Of a stretch of 64,000 nt of DNA, positions 46,331 through 62,539 are shown one piece after another. A model generated the notes under the pieces. That model was not told the origin of the DNA, ran no database searches, and worked only from the letters and a program-made list of their open reading frames with translations. The stretch is from the human T2T-CHM13v2.0 reference genome, Homo sapiens, in assembly GCF_009914755.1 (NCBI RefSeq), contig NC_060947.1. The stretch is one strand, 5' to 3'. How positions within the stretch are numbered: the first letter of the stretch is position 1; each line of letters begins with the position of its first letter. Made by a program: the position numbers and the translations under genes.

Positions 46331-46758
46331 ACTTGCTTTCCAGGATTTGTCTGAAGTAGAAAATTATTCTGTTGAGCCTTTTTGTGGCCAGAATATACAT
46401 ATGTTTTGCTCAGCCACTAATTTAGAATTCCTTTATCTTTTTAAGAAACATTTTCATGCGTAATTCATCCTAAGTAGAACTGGCAAATATGTAACTTCTT
46501 AGGTATTTTCAATTTTAGTCTTTAGGCAATTGTTTTTCCTCTTAACTAGTAGGAGGCAGGAAAAAAAAGTGGAAAAGCAGATGCAAATGCCCTGCCTGGC
46601 TACTCCTGCACGCAGTGCTCTAAAGCAGGCCTTCTCAGCCTGGGTTAGTTCAGGGGTCTGTGAATTTAGATGTGGAAAAGAACTACATCTTTTTTTTTTT
46701 TTTACTAACTGCCCTTCCCCCAACTGAAATTGAGCACTTCCTTCTATTATGCATGTAA

Positions 46759-46997
<239 letters not shown>

Positions 46998-47610
46998 AAC
47001 AGGGTTCACTGCTTTCGGTCAAATGACAGCAATGCTGCTGGCAAGTCCATGGTCAGGAGTGAGATTCCCTCAGGCTGCTGTGGTCCCTCCTCCTCCAGTC
47101 TGTCCTGCAGGAAGCTCAGAGTGAATGGATGCTCAGCTGTTTCCTCTGAGACCTCACCAGGGACAGTTCCTGCAGTCCCGGCTCTGAGCTCTGCTCCTGA
47201 CCGTTTTATCTGGCCCTCTCAGCTGTGCTTCACTGCAAAGGAGGAAGGACAAGGCCCTCTGGAGCCAGTGCCAGCTGCTTGTGGGGCCTGTTTTATTTAC
47301 TACTGCTATCTCTACTTCAGAGACTTGGGCTAGGACATAGACTTGAAGAAAAAAGCCATTTTAACAGACTTGAGAAACTCAGCCATCCTCATAATACCAT
47401 TCAGAACCAGGAGAGGCCATTATTAACACTAGGCTAGTAGGAAATGTTCACTTTGACTGAATTCATTTGTAACACTTTGCCACTGGTTTACAAGAAAAAT
47501 ACTTTGGTTCAGTCTCCTGGAGGTAGGTAATTAAATGTTTCACCTGTGCTAATTTTCCAAATAATTAAAGTGAATCCCATAAATGCCAGCAATTAAGAAT
47601 TGTTGTTTTT

Positions 47611-47906
<296 letters not shown>

Positions 47907-48242
47907 GTTGTTTCTTAAGTGCAGACCTTCTGAGATGTGTAGTGCTTGCCCCATGCCTTCAAAAGAACATATTTAATACAATAATCTCTTTGTCTCTCCT
48001 TTACTTCAAAGTCAGCCTTGTGAAAAACAGATGATGATATACCAACAGTTTTTTGCTCTTGGAGGTGTTTGGTGTGCTCTGCTTTTTGAGTTTTGTTTTT
48101 TGGACTTCTTTAAAATTATTTTAAAATGTTTTAACTCCTCTCCTTTGCATACTCTCTGGTACCCTTATAGTCCCAATACTGAGTAAAGCATGTAAAATTT
48201 AGCATGCAGATGTTTTAGCCTCTTTTATTTTTTGTTCGAGAT

Positions 48243-48440
48243 CCAGATTTTTTAGTCTCAGCATGACTGACACTTTGGGGCTGTATCATTCTTTGTTGTG
48301 GAGGACTGTCCTGTGCATTGTAGGTTGTCAAGTAACATCCCTGGTCTCTACCCACAAGATACCAGTAGCTATTCTTCTCCTGATTGTGACAACAAAAAAT
48401 GTTTCCAGACATTGTCAGATGTCTCCTCGGGGCAAAATTT
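48243..48440 (+). mobile_element. MER20 (hAT-Charlie) followed by a MIR fragment (~48490-48580)
   Basis: TCTTTGTTGTGGAGGACTGTCCTGTGCATTGTAGG..TGTGACAACAAAAAATGTTTCCAGACATTG. Confidence 0.8.
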
Positions 48441-49584
48441 AGTTCTACATATATGATGATAAAAACCATGGTAGCAGCCAACATTTGTTCACTATCATCC
48501 CCATTTTGAAGAAAGCAAAAACGGAGGCACTGAGGGTGAGGTTCACTTACTTGCCCAAGGTCACATAGATAAAAGTCACTTCTTGAAATACTTTTCATAA
48601 TATATATGGGTTGAATCTCAGTCTTAATTGAGGAGGCAGACTAAAAAAGAATGTAAAAACGGGGAGTTTCCTGATGATGTCTCAATTGAGAGGCTATTGC
48701 TTTCATAGTGATTCTGTGTAAATGCTGGAATTCTTGCTTAAACGGGGTGATTCCATGGGCATGTGTCTGAGTAAAGGACTTGGATCATTTCTAAGAAGCT
48801 TCTGTGGCATGGTGAAGCAGAACATAAGACAGTCTAGGATCAAGGATAACTGATCAAACTTTGAAACCAAGGAAGCCATAGGAAATTGGGGTAAGGCTAT
48901 GTATCACTTAGGGTCCCACAGGAAATGGCATGCTCAAAGGGTTTTAGTGAAAACAGGAATGTTGAGGCACGAAGGGACTAGCAGCAGGAAGCTATTGCCA
49001 TTCCTAGACCTGGTGGGGCAAAGGGAGGGGAGGGAATGTCGTTGCTGGAGCTGTGAAAGGTACTCCCTCTACAGGAACAATAGTCATGAAAGAATACAGC
49101 CTTTGCTAGAACTATGGCCAGAGAGGGGCCAGTGGGATGAGGGGATGGGAGAGAAGTAACCAATTTCTGTTTCCTGCCCTCTCATTTGCTGCAGTGCCTT
49201 TTGTTGTTCTAACCCAACTAGAAGCCACAGGTAACAGAGCCTGGGTGTTGAAGCTTATTGAGGTTAGCCTCTTGCGCTGAGTGGATGGAAAGGGCTGAGA
49301 GTGGTTCAAGGGGGCAAATAGAGCAACAGCCAGCACAGGCTATGAGCAGGAGTGGGAAACACTACCCTGGATCCTAGGAAGGATGGGGCATGGCCAGTGA
49401 TAGGAGCAATGAAAGTCTTTTTGTGTGAAAAAGAGCCTGGGGATACAGACCTCCATGAAGGAGAAGAGAGGGTTGGATAGGAGTGACTGGTTCATCTGAG
49501 GTTCTTCCTATTTCTCCAAGGAAGCCTTGAGGAATGTGGGGTTGTCTGTTTGCATTTGGATATGGAAGTATGTGTGTGTGTATA

Positions 49585-49878
49585 CTTTTATTTATTTTGA
49601 GACAGGGTCTTGTTCTGTCACCCAGGCTGGAGCACAGTGGCACCATCACAGCTCACTGCAGCCTCTACTTCCTGGGCTTAAGTGGTCCTCCCACCCAGGC
49701 CCCCCCAGGTAGCTGGGACCACAGGCATGTACCACTATGCTCGGCTGATTTTTAATATTTTGTAGAGACAGGGTCTCACTATATTCCCCTGGTTGGCCTC
49801 ACTCCTGGGCTCAAGTGATCCTCCCACCTTGGCCTCCAGAAGTGCTAGGAATACAGGTGTAAGCCACTACACCCAGTC
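49585..49878 (-). mobile_element. AluJ
   Basis: TGTATACTTTT duplicated on both sides. Confidence 0.9.
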
Positions 49879-50164
49879 TGTTTGTATACTTTTTGGTCAG
49901 AGTGAGGCTTTCCGTGAGTTGGAGTGTTTGTCCTTATTCATGACACTGGGAAACATACAACAGTGGAGTGACCCTCTTGCAGATTCTGCTAGGAGTAGCT
50001 ACATATGGTGGGAAAGGTTGCTATGGGAATGGAGATAAATTCAAAGCAGTAGAGAGTGCTTTATAATGTTTGGGGGTATGGCCAAGCATTAGTTTTGCTT
50101 TTTCCTTCCCAGTAGGATACGATTTCTGTAGCAATTCTTCCTTACCCAAAAATAGCTATATGTG

Positions 50165-53266
<3,102 letters not shown>

Positions 53267-53283
53267 AAAAATAGCTATATGTG

Positions 53284-53660
<377 letters not shown>

Positions 53661-54480
53661 TCATAGGCAGTGGTCAATGGCCTAAGGATTTCTTTATACA
53701 TTGCTCATATCCACTAAGGCTCTATTGAGCAAACCACGCCTTAAAAATCTTACAATCCTCTTCATATATTTTAAAGGCAAATGCAAAGAAATAGCTTTGT
53801 TCTGTTTTGCATTCTTCATGGGTTAACATATCTTCTGGAAAACTTGTTGCTATGGCAATGGGATATTATCTATCTTGGTAATGTACTACATAAAAATAGC
53901 CCTTTGTGTTTGAGAATGATGTTAGTGACAGGTGGTTGGGTGAATGTATAGCAGGCTGCTTTGTCAAGAATAGTTTCCCAACATTCCATTGTTTAAAGTT
54001 GTGAAATCAAAATGAGTATAATTTTTTTCTCTCTCAAAATGTAATTTTATCTGGAAAAGGCAGGCAGTGGTGCTCTGTTTAATTATGAATTACAAGCCTT
54101 CCTTTGCAGGTCAGGTCAACATGATGATTGAAGCCACCTCTCACTGTAATAAGTAAACGACTTCTCTATTCTTTCTGTCAGGGTGTGCAGCACAAGGTTG
54201 CGCTGGGGGGGCCAGTAGGGATAATTTTCCCATTCTTGAACACATCGTTCTTCCTAAGCACCTCGTACTTATAAACCAAGAAGTAGGAAGTGGTCAGGTG
54301 GAAGAGATGAGCTCTGAGCTGTTAATCAAATCCGAATTTCTTGTAGGTTCTTAGGTGAAACAGTTCCTTGGGAAAGGTCAGATTTCCATGTTGCTTTTAG
54401 TATTGAACTCACACATATAGCCAAGGATAGAATCTGACCCAAATCTTAATTTTTCCTTTGAAAAATCCTTTGGGCAATTT

Positions 54481-56743
54481 TTTTTTAATTTAATTTAATT
54501 TTATTATTATTATTATTATTTTTTATTGATCATTCTTGGGTGTTTCTCGCAGAGGGGGATTTGGCAGGGTCACAGGACAATAGTGGAGGGAAGGTCAGCA
54601 GATAAACAAGTGAACAAAGGTCTCTGGTTTTCCTAGGCAGAGGACCCTGCCGCCTTCCGCAGTGTTTGTGTCCCTGGGTACTTGAGATTAGGGAGTGGTG
54701 CTGACTCTTAAGGAGCATGCTGCCTTCAAGCATCTGTTTAACAAAGCACATCTTGCACCGCCCTTAATCCATTCAACCCTGAGTGGATACAGCACATGTT
54801 TCAGAGAGCACCGGGTTGGGGGTAAGGTCACCGATCAACAGGATCCCAAGGCAGAAGAATTTTTCTTAGTACAGAACAAAATGAAAAGTCTCCCATGTCT
54901 ACCTCTTTCCACACAGACACGGCAACCATCCGATTTCTCAATCTTTTCCCCACCTTTCCCCCCTTTCTATTCTACAAAACCGCCATTGTCATCATGGCCC
55001 GTTCTCAATGAGCTGTTGGGTACACCTCCCAGACGGGGTGGTGGCCGGGCAGAGGGGCTCCTCACTTCCCAGTAGGTGCCGCCGGGCAGAGGCGCCCCTC
55101 ACCTCCCGGACGGGGCGGCTGGCCGGACGGGGGGCTGACCCCCCCCACCTCCCTCCTGGACGGGGCGGCTGGCCGGGCAGAGGGGCTCCTCACTTCCCAG
55201 TAGGGGCGGCCGGGCAGAGGCGCCCCTCACCTCCCGGACGGGGCGGCTGGCCGGGCGGGGGGCTGACCCCCCCCACCTCCCTCCCGGACGGGGCGGCTGG
55301 CCGGGCAGAGTGGCTCCTCACTTCCCAGTAGGGGCGGCCGGGCAGAGGCGCCCCTCACTTCCCGGACGGGGCGGCTGGCCAGGTGGGGGGCTGACCCCGC
55401 CACCTCCCTCCCGGACGGGGCGGCTGGCCGGGCAGAGGGGCTCCTCACTTCCCAGTAGGGGCGGCCGGGCAGAGGCGCCCCTCACTTCCCGGACGGGGTG
55501 GCTGGCCGGGCGGGGGGCTGACCCCCCCACCTCCCTCCCGGACGGGCGGCTGGCCGGGCAGAGTGGCTCCTCACTTCCCAGTAGGGGCGCCCGGGCAGAG
55601 GCGCCCCTCACCTCCCGGACGGGGCAGCTGGCCAGGCGGGGGGCTGACCCCCCCACCTCCCTCCCAGATGGGGCAGCTGGCCGGGCGGGGGGCTGACCCC
55701 CCCACCTCCCTCCCGGACGGGGCGGCTGGCCGGGTGGGGGGCTGACCCCCCCACCTCCCTCCCGGACAGGGCGGCTGGCAGGGCAGAGTGGCTCCTCACT
55801 TCCCAGTAGGGGCGGCTGGGCAGAGGCGCCCCTCACTTCCCGGACGGGGCGGCTGGCCGGGCGGGGGGCTGATCCCCCCACCTCCCTCCCAGACGGGGCG
55901 GCTGGCCGGGCGGGGGGCTGACCCCCCCACCTCCCTCCCGGACGGGGCGGCTGGCCGGGCGGGGGGCTGACCCCCCCACCTCCCTCCCGGACGAGGTGGC
56001 TGCCGGGCGGAGACGCTCCTCACTTCCCAGACGGGGTGGCTGCTGGGCGGAGGGGCTCCTCACTTCTCAGACGGGGCAGCTGCCGGGCGGAGGGGCTCCT
56101 CACTTCTCAGACGGGGCGGTTGCCAGGCAGAGGGTCTCCTCACTTCTCAGACGGGGCGTCCGGGCAGAGACGCTCCTCACATCCCAGACGGGGTGGCAGG
56201 GCAGAGGTGCTCCCCACATCTCAGACGATGGGCGGCCGGGCAGAGACGCTCCTCACTTCCCAGATGTGATGGCGGCCGGGAAGAGGCGCTCCTCACTTCC
56301 TAGATGGGATGGCGGCTGGGCAGAGGCTGCAATCTCTGCACTTTGGGAGGCCAAGGCAGGCTGCTGGGAGGTGGAGGTTGTAGTGAGCTGAGATCACGCC
56401 ACTGCACTCCAGCCTGGGCACCATTGAGCACTGAGTGAACGAGACTCCGTCTGCAATCCCGGCACCTCGGGAGGCCGAGGCTGGCGGGTCACTCGCGGTT
56501 AGGAGCTGGAGACCAGCCCGGCCAACACAGCGAATCCCCATCTCCACCAAAAAAATACGAAAACCAGTCAGGCGTGGCGGCGCGCGCCTGCAATTGCAGG
56601 CACTCGGCAAGCTGAGGCAGGAGAATCAGGCAGGGAGGTTGCAGTGAGCCGAGATGGCAGCAGTACTGTCCAGCTTCGGCTCGGCATCAGAGGGAGACTG
56701 TGGAAAGAGAGGGAGAGGGAGACCGTGGGGAGAGGGAGAGGGC
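54481..56743 (-). mobile_element. SVA retrotransposon #1 (SVA_D-like), antisense to REPS2
   Basis: On the minus strand: about 2 CCCTCT hexamers, Alu-like region, GC-rich VNTR (~55030-56330), SINE-R, AATAAA and A-rich tail. TSD TGGGCAATTT at 54471-54480 and 56744-56753. Confidence 0.97.
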
Positions 56744-56947
56744 TGGGCAATTTCTTAGAGCAGTAACTCTCAAACATTTTGTCGTCATCATCTCACTTTT
56801 CTTCTACTTATCAAAATGAGTATTGATTTAATTGTAATGAGTAAATAACAGCTCCCTGCTACTGAAATGAAATTTACTCTAGCTTTGAGAATTTGAGAGA
56901 CCCTCTTAAGAAAATACCACAGCTGGAAATTTGAGACCTAAAAGTAA

Positions 56948-57303
56948 TACAATTTGAGTATCTCATATCTGAAATGCTTGGGACCAGAAGTGTTTTGGAT
57001 TTTGGATTTTTTCAGACTTTGGAATATTTGCGTTTACATAATGAGATCTCTTGGGGATGGGACCCAAGTCTAAACACGAAATTCATTAATGTTTTATATA
57101 CGCCTTATACACATAGCCTAAAGGTAATTTTATACAATATTTTAAATAAGCTTGTGCATGAAACAAAATTTTGACTGTGTTTTGACTGTGACCTGTCACA
57201 TAAGGTCAGGTGTGGATTTTTTCATTTGTGACTTCATGTCAACACTCAGAAACTTTCACATTTTGGAGCATTTTGGATTTCAGATTAGGGATGCTTAATC
57301 TGC
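56948..57303. mobile_element. Tigger4/MER46-like TcMar-Tigger element
   Basis: TTGAGTATCTCATATCTGAAATGCTTGGGACCAGAAGTGTTTTGGATTT..GATTAGGGATGCTTAATCTG. Confidence 0.8.
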
Positions 57304-57633
57304 AGCTCTAATTCTGATATGCACGGTACTACTGCAGAGATGGAACCATTGCCTTTGTCTTTTCTGTTGGAGTCAGTATAGATATCTTGCTACTAATAAT
57401 ATCAGAAGAGAGTGTTGAGTGGTTTGCTGGGTGCCCAATACTACTTTTAGAACATTTTATGTATTAACTAATTTATTCCTGTAAACATTCTTGACAGTTT
57501 TTGTGACTATTTCCCAAATGAGGCGTACTTGTTAGCATGTCTTTCTGTTTGTGGTGAGTAAGCATTCTTGTGTATTGGAAGACTTGCTTACTAGCATGTC
57601 ACAGTGTTCTTCATATTGAAAGCATTCTTCTAT

Positions 57634-57940
57634 CAGGAGTTGACGTAATTCAGCCTGTGGGCCAAATCCATCCTGCCACCCATTTTTTGTGTATTTTATA
57701 AGCTAAGAATGGTTTCTGCATTTTTAAATGGTTGGGAAAACATAAAAAGAATAATTTGTGACATGTGAAAATTACATGAAATTTAAATTTCAGTTTCCAT
57801 AAACAGTTTTATTGGAACACAGCTTTACTCATTTGTTTACATATTGCTAAGGCTGCTTTTGAACTAGAGTGGCAGAGTTGAGTAGTTGTAATAGAGACCA
57901 TATAGCTCCCAGACCCTAAGAAAAAGTTTGCCAATCCCTT
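57634..57940 (+). mobile_element. MER58B-like hAT-Charlie element
   Basis: GCCTGTGGGCCAAATCC..AGCTAAGAATGG..GTTTTATTGGAACACAGC..AAAAAGTTTGCCAATCCCT. Confidence 0.8.
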
Positions 57941-57997
57941 CTCTATATTCTTCTGTATCTAGAATGGCAGATGGTCCTCAATAATAACAGCAGATTG

Positions 57998-58270
57998 GTC
58001 AGGTGTCATAGTTTATACCTGTAATCCCAGCATTTTGAGAGGCCAAGGTGGGAGGATCACTTTAGCTGGAGTTCAAGACCAGCCTGGGCAACACAGTGAG
58101 ACCTAGCTCTGCAAAAATTAGCCAGGTGTCATGGTGCACGCTGGTGGTCCCAGCTACTTGGGAGGCTGAAGTGGGAGGATTGCTTGAGCCTGGGAGGTCA
58201 AGGCTGGAGGGAGACGTGATCACACCATTGTGCTCCAGCCTGGGTGACAGAGCGAGACCCTGTCTCAAAA
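57998..58270 (+). mobile_element. AluJ between the two SVAs
   Basis: Diverged dimer; CAGATTGG on both sides. Confidence 0.88.
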
Positions 58271-58448
58271 ATATATAAACAGATTGGATTTATGTACAGG
58301 TTCATATATATATTAATTTTCTTTTGGTATGCAATATATTTTTCTTTCTTCCACTAAACGTTTCTCTTGTCATAAGCTTGATGTCATGTACTATGGCATA
58401 TCTCAAATATACGTGATTTCAGCTCTTTGCATACCCATATTGGTTTTC

Positions 58449-60417
58449 TTTTTTTTTTTTTTAATTGATCATTCTTAGGTGTTTCTCGCAGAGGGGGATT
58501 TGGCAGGGTCACAGGACAATAGTGGAGGGAAGGTCAGCAGATAAACAAGTGAACAAAGGTCTCTGGTTTTCCTAGGCAGAGGACTCTGCGGCCTTCCGCA
58601 GTGTTTGTGTCCCTGGGTACTTGAGATTAGGGAGCGGTGATGACTCTTAAGGAGCATGCTGCCTTCAAGCATCTGTTTAACAAAGCACATCTTGCACCGC
58701 CCTTAATCCATTCAACCCTGAGTGGACACAGCACATGTTTCAGAGAGCACCGGGTTGGGGGTAAGGTCACAGATCAACAGGATCCCAAGGCAGAAGAATT
58801 TTTCTTAGTACAGAACAAAATGAAAAGTCTCCCATGTCTACCTCTTTCTACACAGACACGGCAACCATCCGATTTCTCAATCTTTTCCCCACCTTTCCCC
58901 CCTTTCTATTCCACAAAACCGCCATTGTCATCATGGCCCGTTCTCAGTGAGCTGTTGGGTACACCTCCCAGACGGGGTGGTGGCCGGGCAGAGGGGCTCC
59001 TCACTTCCCAGTAGGGGCGGCCGGGCAGAGGCGCCCCTCACCTCCCGGACGGGGCGGCTGGCCGGGCGGGGGGCTGACACCCCCACCTCCCTCCCGGACG
59101 GGGCGGCTGGCCGGGCGGGGGGCTGACCCCCCCACCTCCCTCCGGGACGGGGTGGCTGGCTGGGCAGAGGGGCTCCTCACTTCCCAGTAGGGGCGGCCAG
59201 GCAGAGGCGCCCCTCACCTCCTGGATGGGGCGGCTGGCCGGGCGGGGGGCTGACCCCCCCACCTCCCTCCCAGACGGGGCGGCTGGCCGGGCGGGGGGCT
59301 GACCCCCCCCACCTCCCTCCCGGACGGGGCGGCCGGCCGGGCAGAGGGGCTCCTCACTTCCCAGTAGGGGCGGCCGGGCAGAGGCGCCCCTCACCTCCCG
59401 GATGGGGTGGCTGGCCGGGCGGGGGGCTGACCCCCCCACCTCCCTCCCGGACGGGGTGGCTGCTGGGCGGAGACGTTCCTCACTTCCCAGACGGGATGGC
59501 TGCCGGGCGGAGGGGCTCCTCACTTCTCAGACGGGGCGGCTGCCGGGCGGAGGGGCCCCTCACTTCTCAGACGGGGCGGCTGCTGGGCTGAGGGGCTCCT
59601 CACTTTTCAGACGGGGCGGTTGCCAGGCAGAGGGTCTCCTCACTTCTCAGACGGGGCGGCTGGGCAGAGACGCTCCTCACATCCCGGATGGGGCGGCAGG
59701 GCAGAGGCACTCCCCACATCTCAGACGATGGGCGGCCGGGCAGAGACGCTCCTCACTTCCTAGATGGGATGGCGGCCGGGAAGAGGCGCTCCTCACTTCC
59801 TAGATGGGATGGCGGCCAGGCAGAGACGCTCCTCACTTTCCAGACTGGGCAGCCAGGCAGAGGGGCTCCTCACATCCCAGACGATGGGTGGCCAGGCAGA
59901 GACACTCCTCACTTTCCAGACGGGGTGGCGGCCGGGCAGAGGCTGCAATCTCGGCACTTTGGGAGGCCAAGGCAGGCTGCTGGGAGGTGGAGGTTGTAGC
60001 GAGCCGAGATCACGCCACTGCACTCCAGCCTGGGCACCATTGAGCACTGAGTGAACGAGACTCCGTCTGCAATCCCGGCACCTCGGGAGGCCGAGGCTGG
60101 CGGATCACTCGCGGTTAGGAGCTGGAGACCAGCCCGGCCAACACAGCGAAACCCCGTCTCCACCAAAAAAATACGAAAACCAGTCAGGCGTGGCGGCGCG
60201 CGCCTGCAATTGCAGGCACTCGGCAGGCTGAGGCAGGAGAATCAGGCAGGGAGGTTGCAGTGAGCCAAGATGGCAGCAGTACAGTCCAGACTCCCACGGC
60301 ATCAGAGGGAGACCGTGGAAAGAGAGGGAGAGGGAGACCGTGGGGAGAGGGAGACCGAGAGGGAGAGGGAGAGAGGGAGAGGGAGAGAGGGAGAGGGAGA
60401 GAGGGAGAGGGAGAGAT
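58449..60417 (-). mobile_element. SVA retrotransposon #2 (SVA_D-like), antisense to REPS2
   Basis: Same architecture; hexamer head 60342-60416, VNTR ~58970-59940, SINE-R, poly(A). TSD TTGGTTTTC at 58440-58448 and 60418-60426. Confidence 0.97.
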
Positions 60418-60769
60418 TTGGTTTTCATAATAATCATAACCCTTTCCAAATGAGGGAGAGTAATGAATTTTATCATTTTATTAGTTAGTGTGCTTCCTTT
60501 GCTAGATCAGGAATTATATCTCCTAGTAATTATAACCCTCTATTTATTATTTTTAACTATATTGCTTTCTACTTTTGGGCTTTCAGCCAACGTGTAAATA
60601 TTGACAGTTTAATAATCTGAACCAAGCCACCTGGACTGATTGTAATATTTTAATTTAATAAATCTTGCATATGGTTAAGATTACATCTTCTACATTCATC
60701 AGATTGGATTTAATGCACTCACCATAATCAACTCTGGAACATTCTTGCAATTATTATTGTTATTTTTAA

Positions 60770-61100
<331 letters not shown>

Positions 61101-61114
61101 TGTTTTCCCACTTT

Positions 61115-62490
61115 TTAAAGTAACAGCCTTGTTGAGATGTAATTCACATACCATATAGTCACCTATTTAAAGTGTACAATTCAGTGGTTTTAGTATATTC
61201 ACAGAATTGTGCAACCATCACAACTATTTCCGGAATATTTTTGTCACCCAAAAAAGAAACCCCATACTCACTAGCAATCACCCCCAGTTCCACCATTCCT
61301 AGGCAGCCATGGATCTACTTTTTGTCTATGGATTCGTCTATTCCAGACATTTCATAGAAATGAAACCACATAGTGTGTGGTCATTTGTGATTGTCTTCTT
61401 TCTCTTAGCGTGTTTTAAATGTAGCACGTATCAGCACTTCTTATTGCCAGTTCTGCTGTATGGCTATACCACATTTTATTTATCAATTCATGAGTTGACA
61501 GACATTTGGGTCATTTTCACTTTTTGCCTCTTATGTATAATGCTACTCTGAACACTTGTGTATAGGTTTTTGTGTGGACATATGTTTTTATTTCTGTCGA
61601 ATATATACCTAGAGGTGGAATTGTTGTGTCGTATGGTAACTCTATGTTTAACCTTTTGAGGAACTGCCAGGCTCTTTTGCAAAGCTGCTGTACTATTTGA
61701 CATTCTTGTGAGCAATATATGAGGGTTCCAGTTTCCCCACATCCTTACCAACGTTTGTTATTGTCTATCTTTTTGATTATGGCTATCCTAGTGGGTGTAT
61801 AATGGTATCTCATTGTGGTTTTAGTTGGAATTTCCCTGATGACTAATAATGTTGCATGTCTTTTCACGTGCTTATTGGCCACTTGTATATCTTCTTTAGA
61901 GAAATGTGTATTTAGATCGTTTGTCCATTTTAAATTGGGTTGTCTTTATAAAATGTTGAATTGTAAGAGTTCTTTATATATTCTGGATTCAATACATATG
62001 ATACAATACATATAATACATATTTTAGTCATCTATCAGATAAATGATTTGCAAAAATTTTCTTCCATTTTGTGGGTTGTCTTTTTACTTTCTTGATGGTG
62101 TCCTTTGAAGCATGAAAGCTTTTAATTTTGATGGAGTTTATTTATTGTTTTCTATTGTCACTTGTGTTTTTGGTGTCATATTTAAGAAACCATTGCCTAA
62201 TCCAAGATCACAAAGATTTCACTTATGTTTTCTTCTAAGAGTTTTGTAGTTTTAGCTCCTATATGTCAGTCTTTGATTCATTTTGAGTTAATTTTTGTAC
62301 GTGGTGTGAAGTAGGGGTACAACTTCATACTTTTGTATATGGATATCCACTTGTCTTAGCATCATGTTTTGAACAAACTGTTCTTTTCCTAATGAATTGT
62401 TTTGGAACCCTTGTGCAAAACCAATTGACCTTATGTAAATGTAAGGGCTTATGTCTAGACTGTGTCAGTATCACACTGTCTTGATTTGTT
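61115..62490 (-). mobile_element. L1MB fragment
   Basis: AATTCACATACCAT..TTGAGGAACTGCCAG..GAGTTAATTTTTGTA motifs. Confidence 0.88.
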
Positions 62491-62539
62491 TAATCTATTT
62501 TTGAGGCAGACTTTCGCTCCCTGATCTAAAATTAAAATG

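Noticed and set aside
55030-56330. Regular 35-50 bp GC-rich repeat array with many overlapping ORFs (also 58970-59940), superficially CRISPR-like
   Set aside because: It is the SVA VNTR: no unique spacers, eukaryotic context, flanked by SINE-R and Alu-like domains.
54471-60426. Tandem segmental duplication as the origin of the two SVAs
   Set aside because: Different TSDs, flanks, VNTR content and hexamer heads indicate separate insertions.
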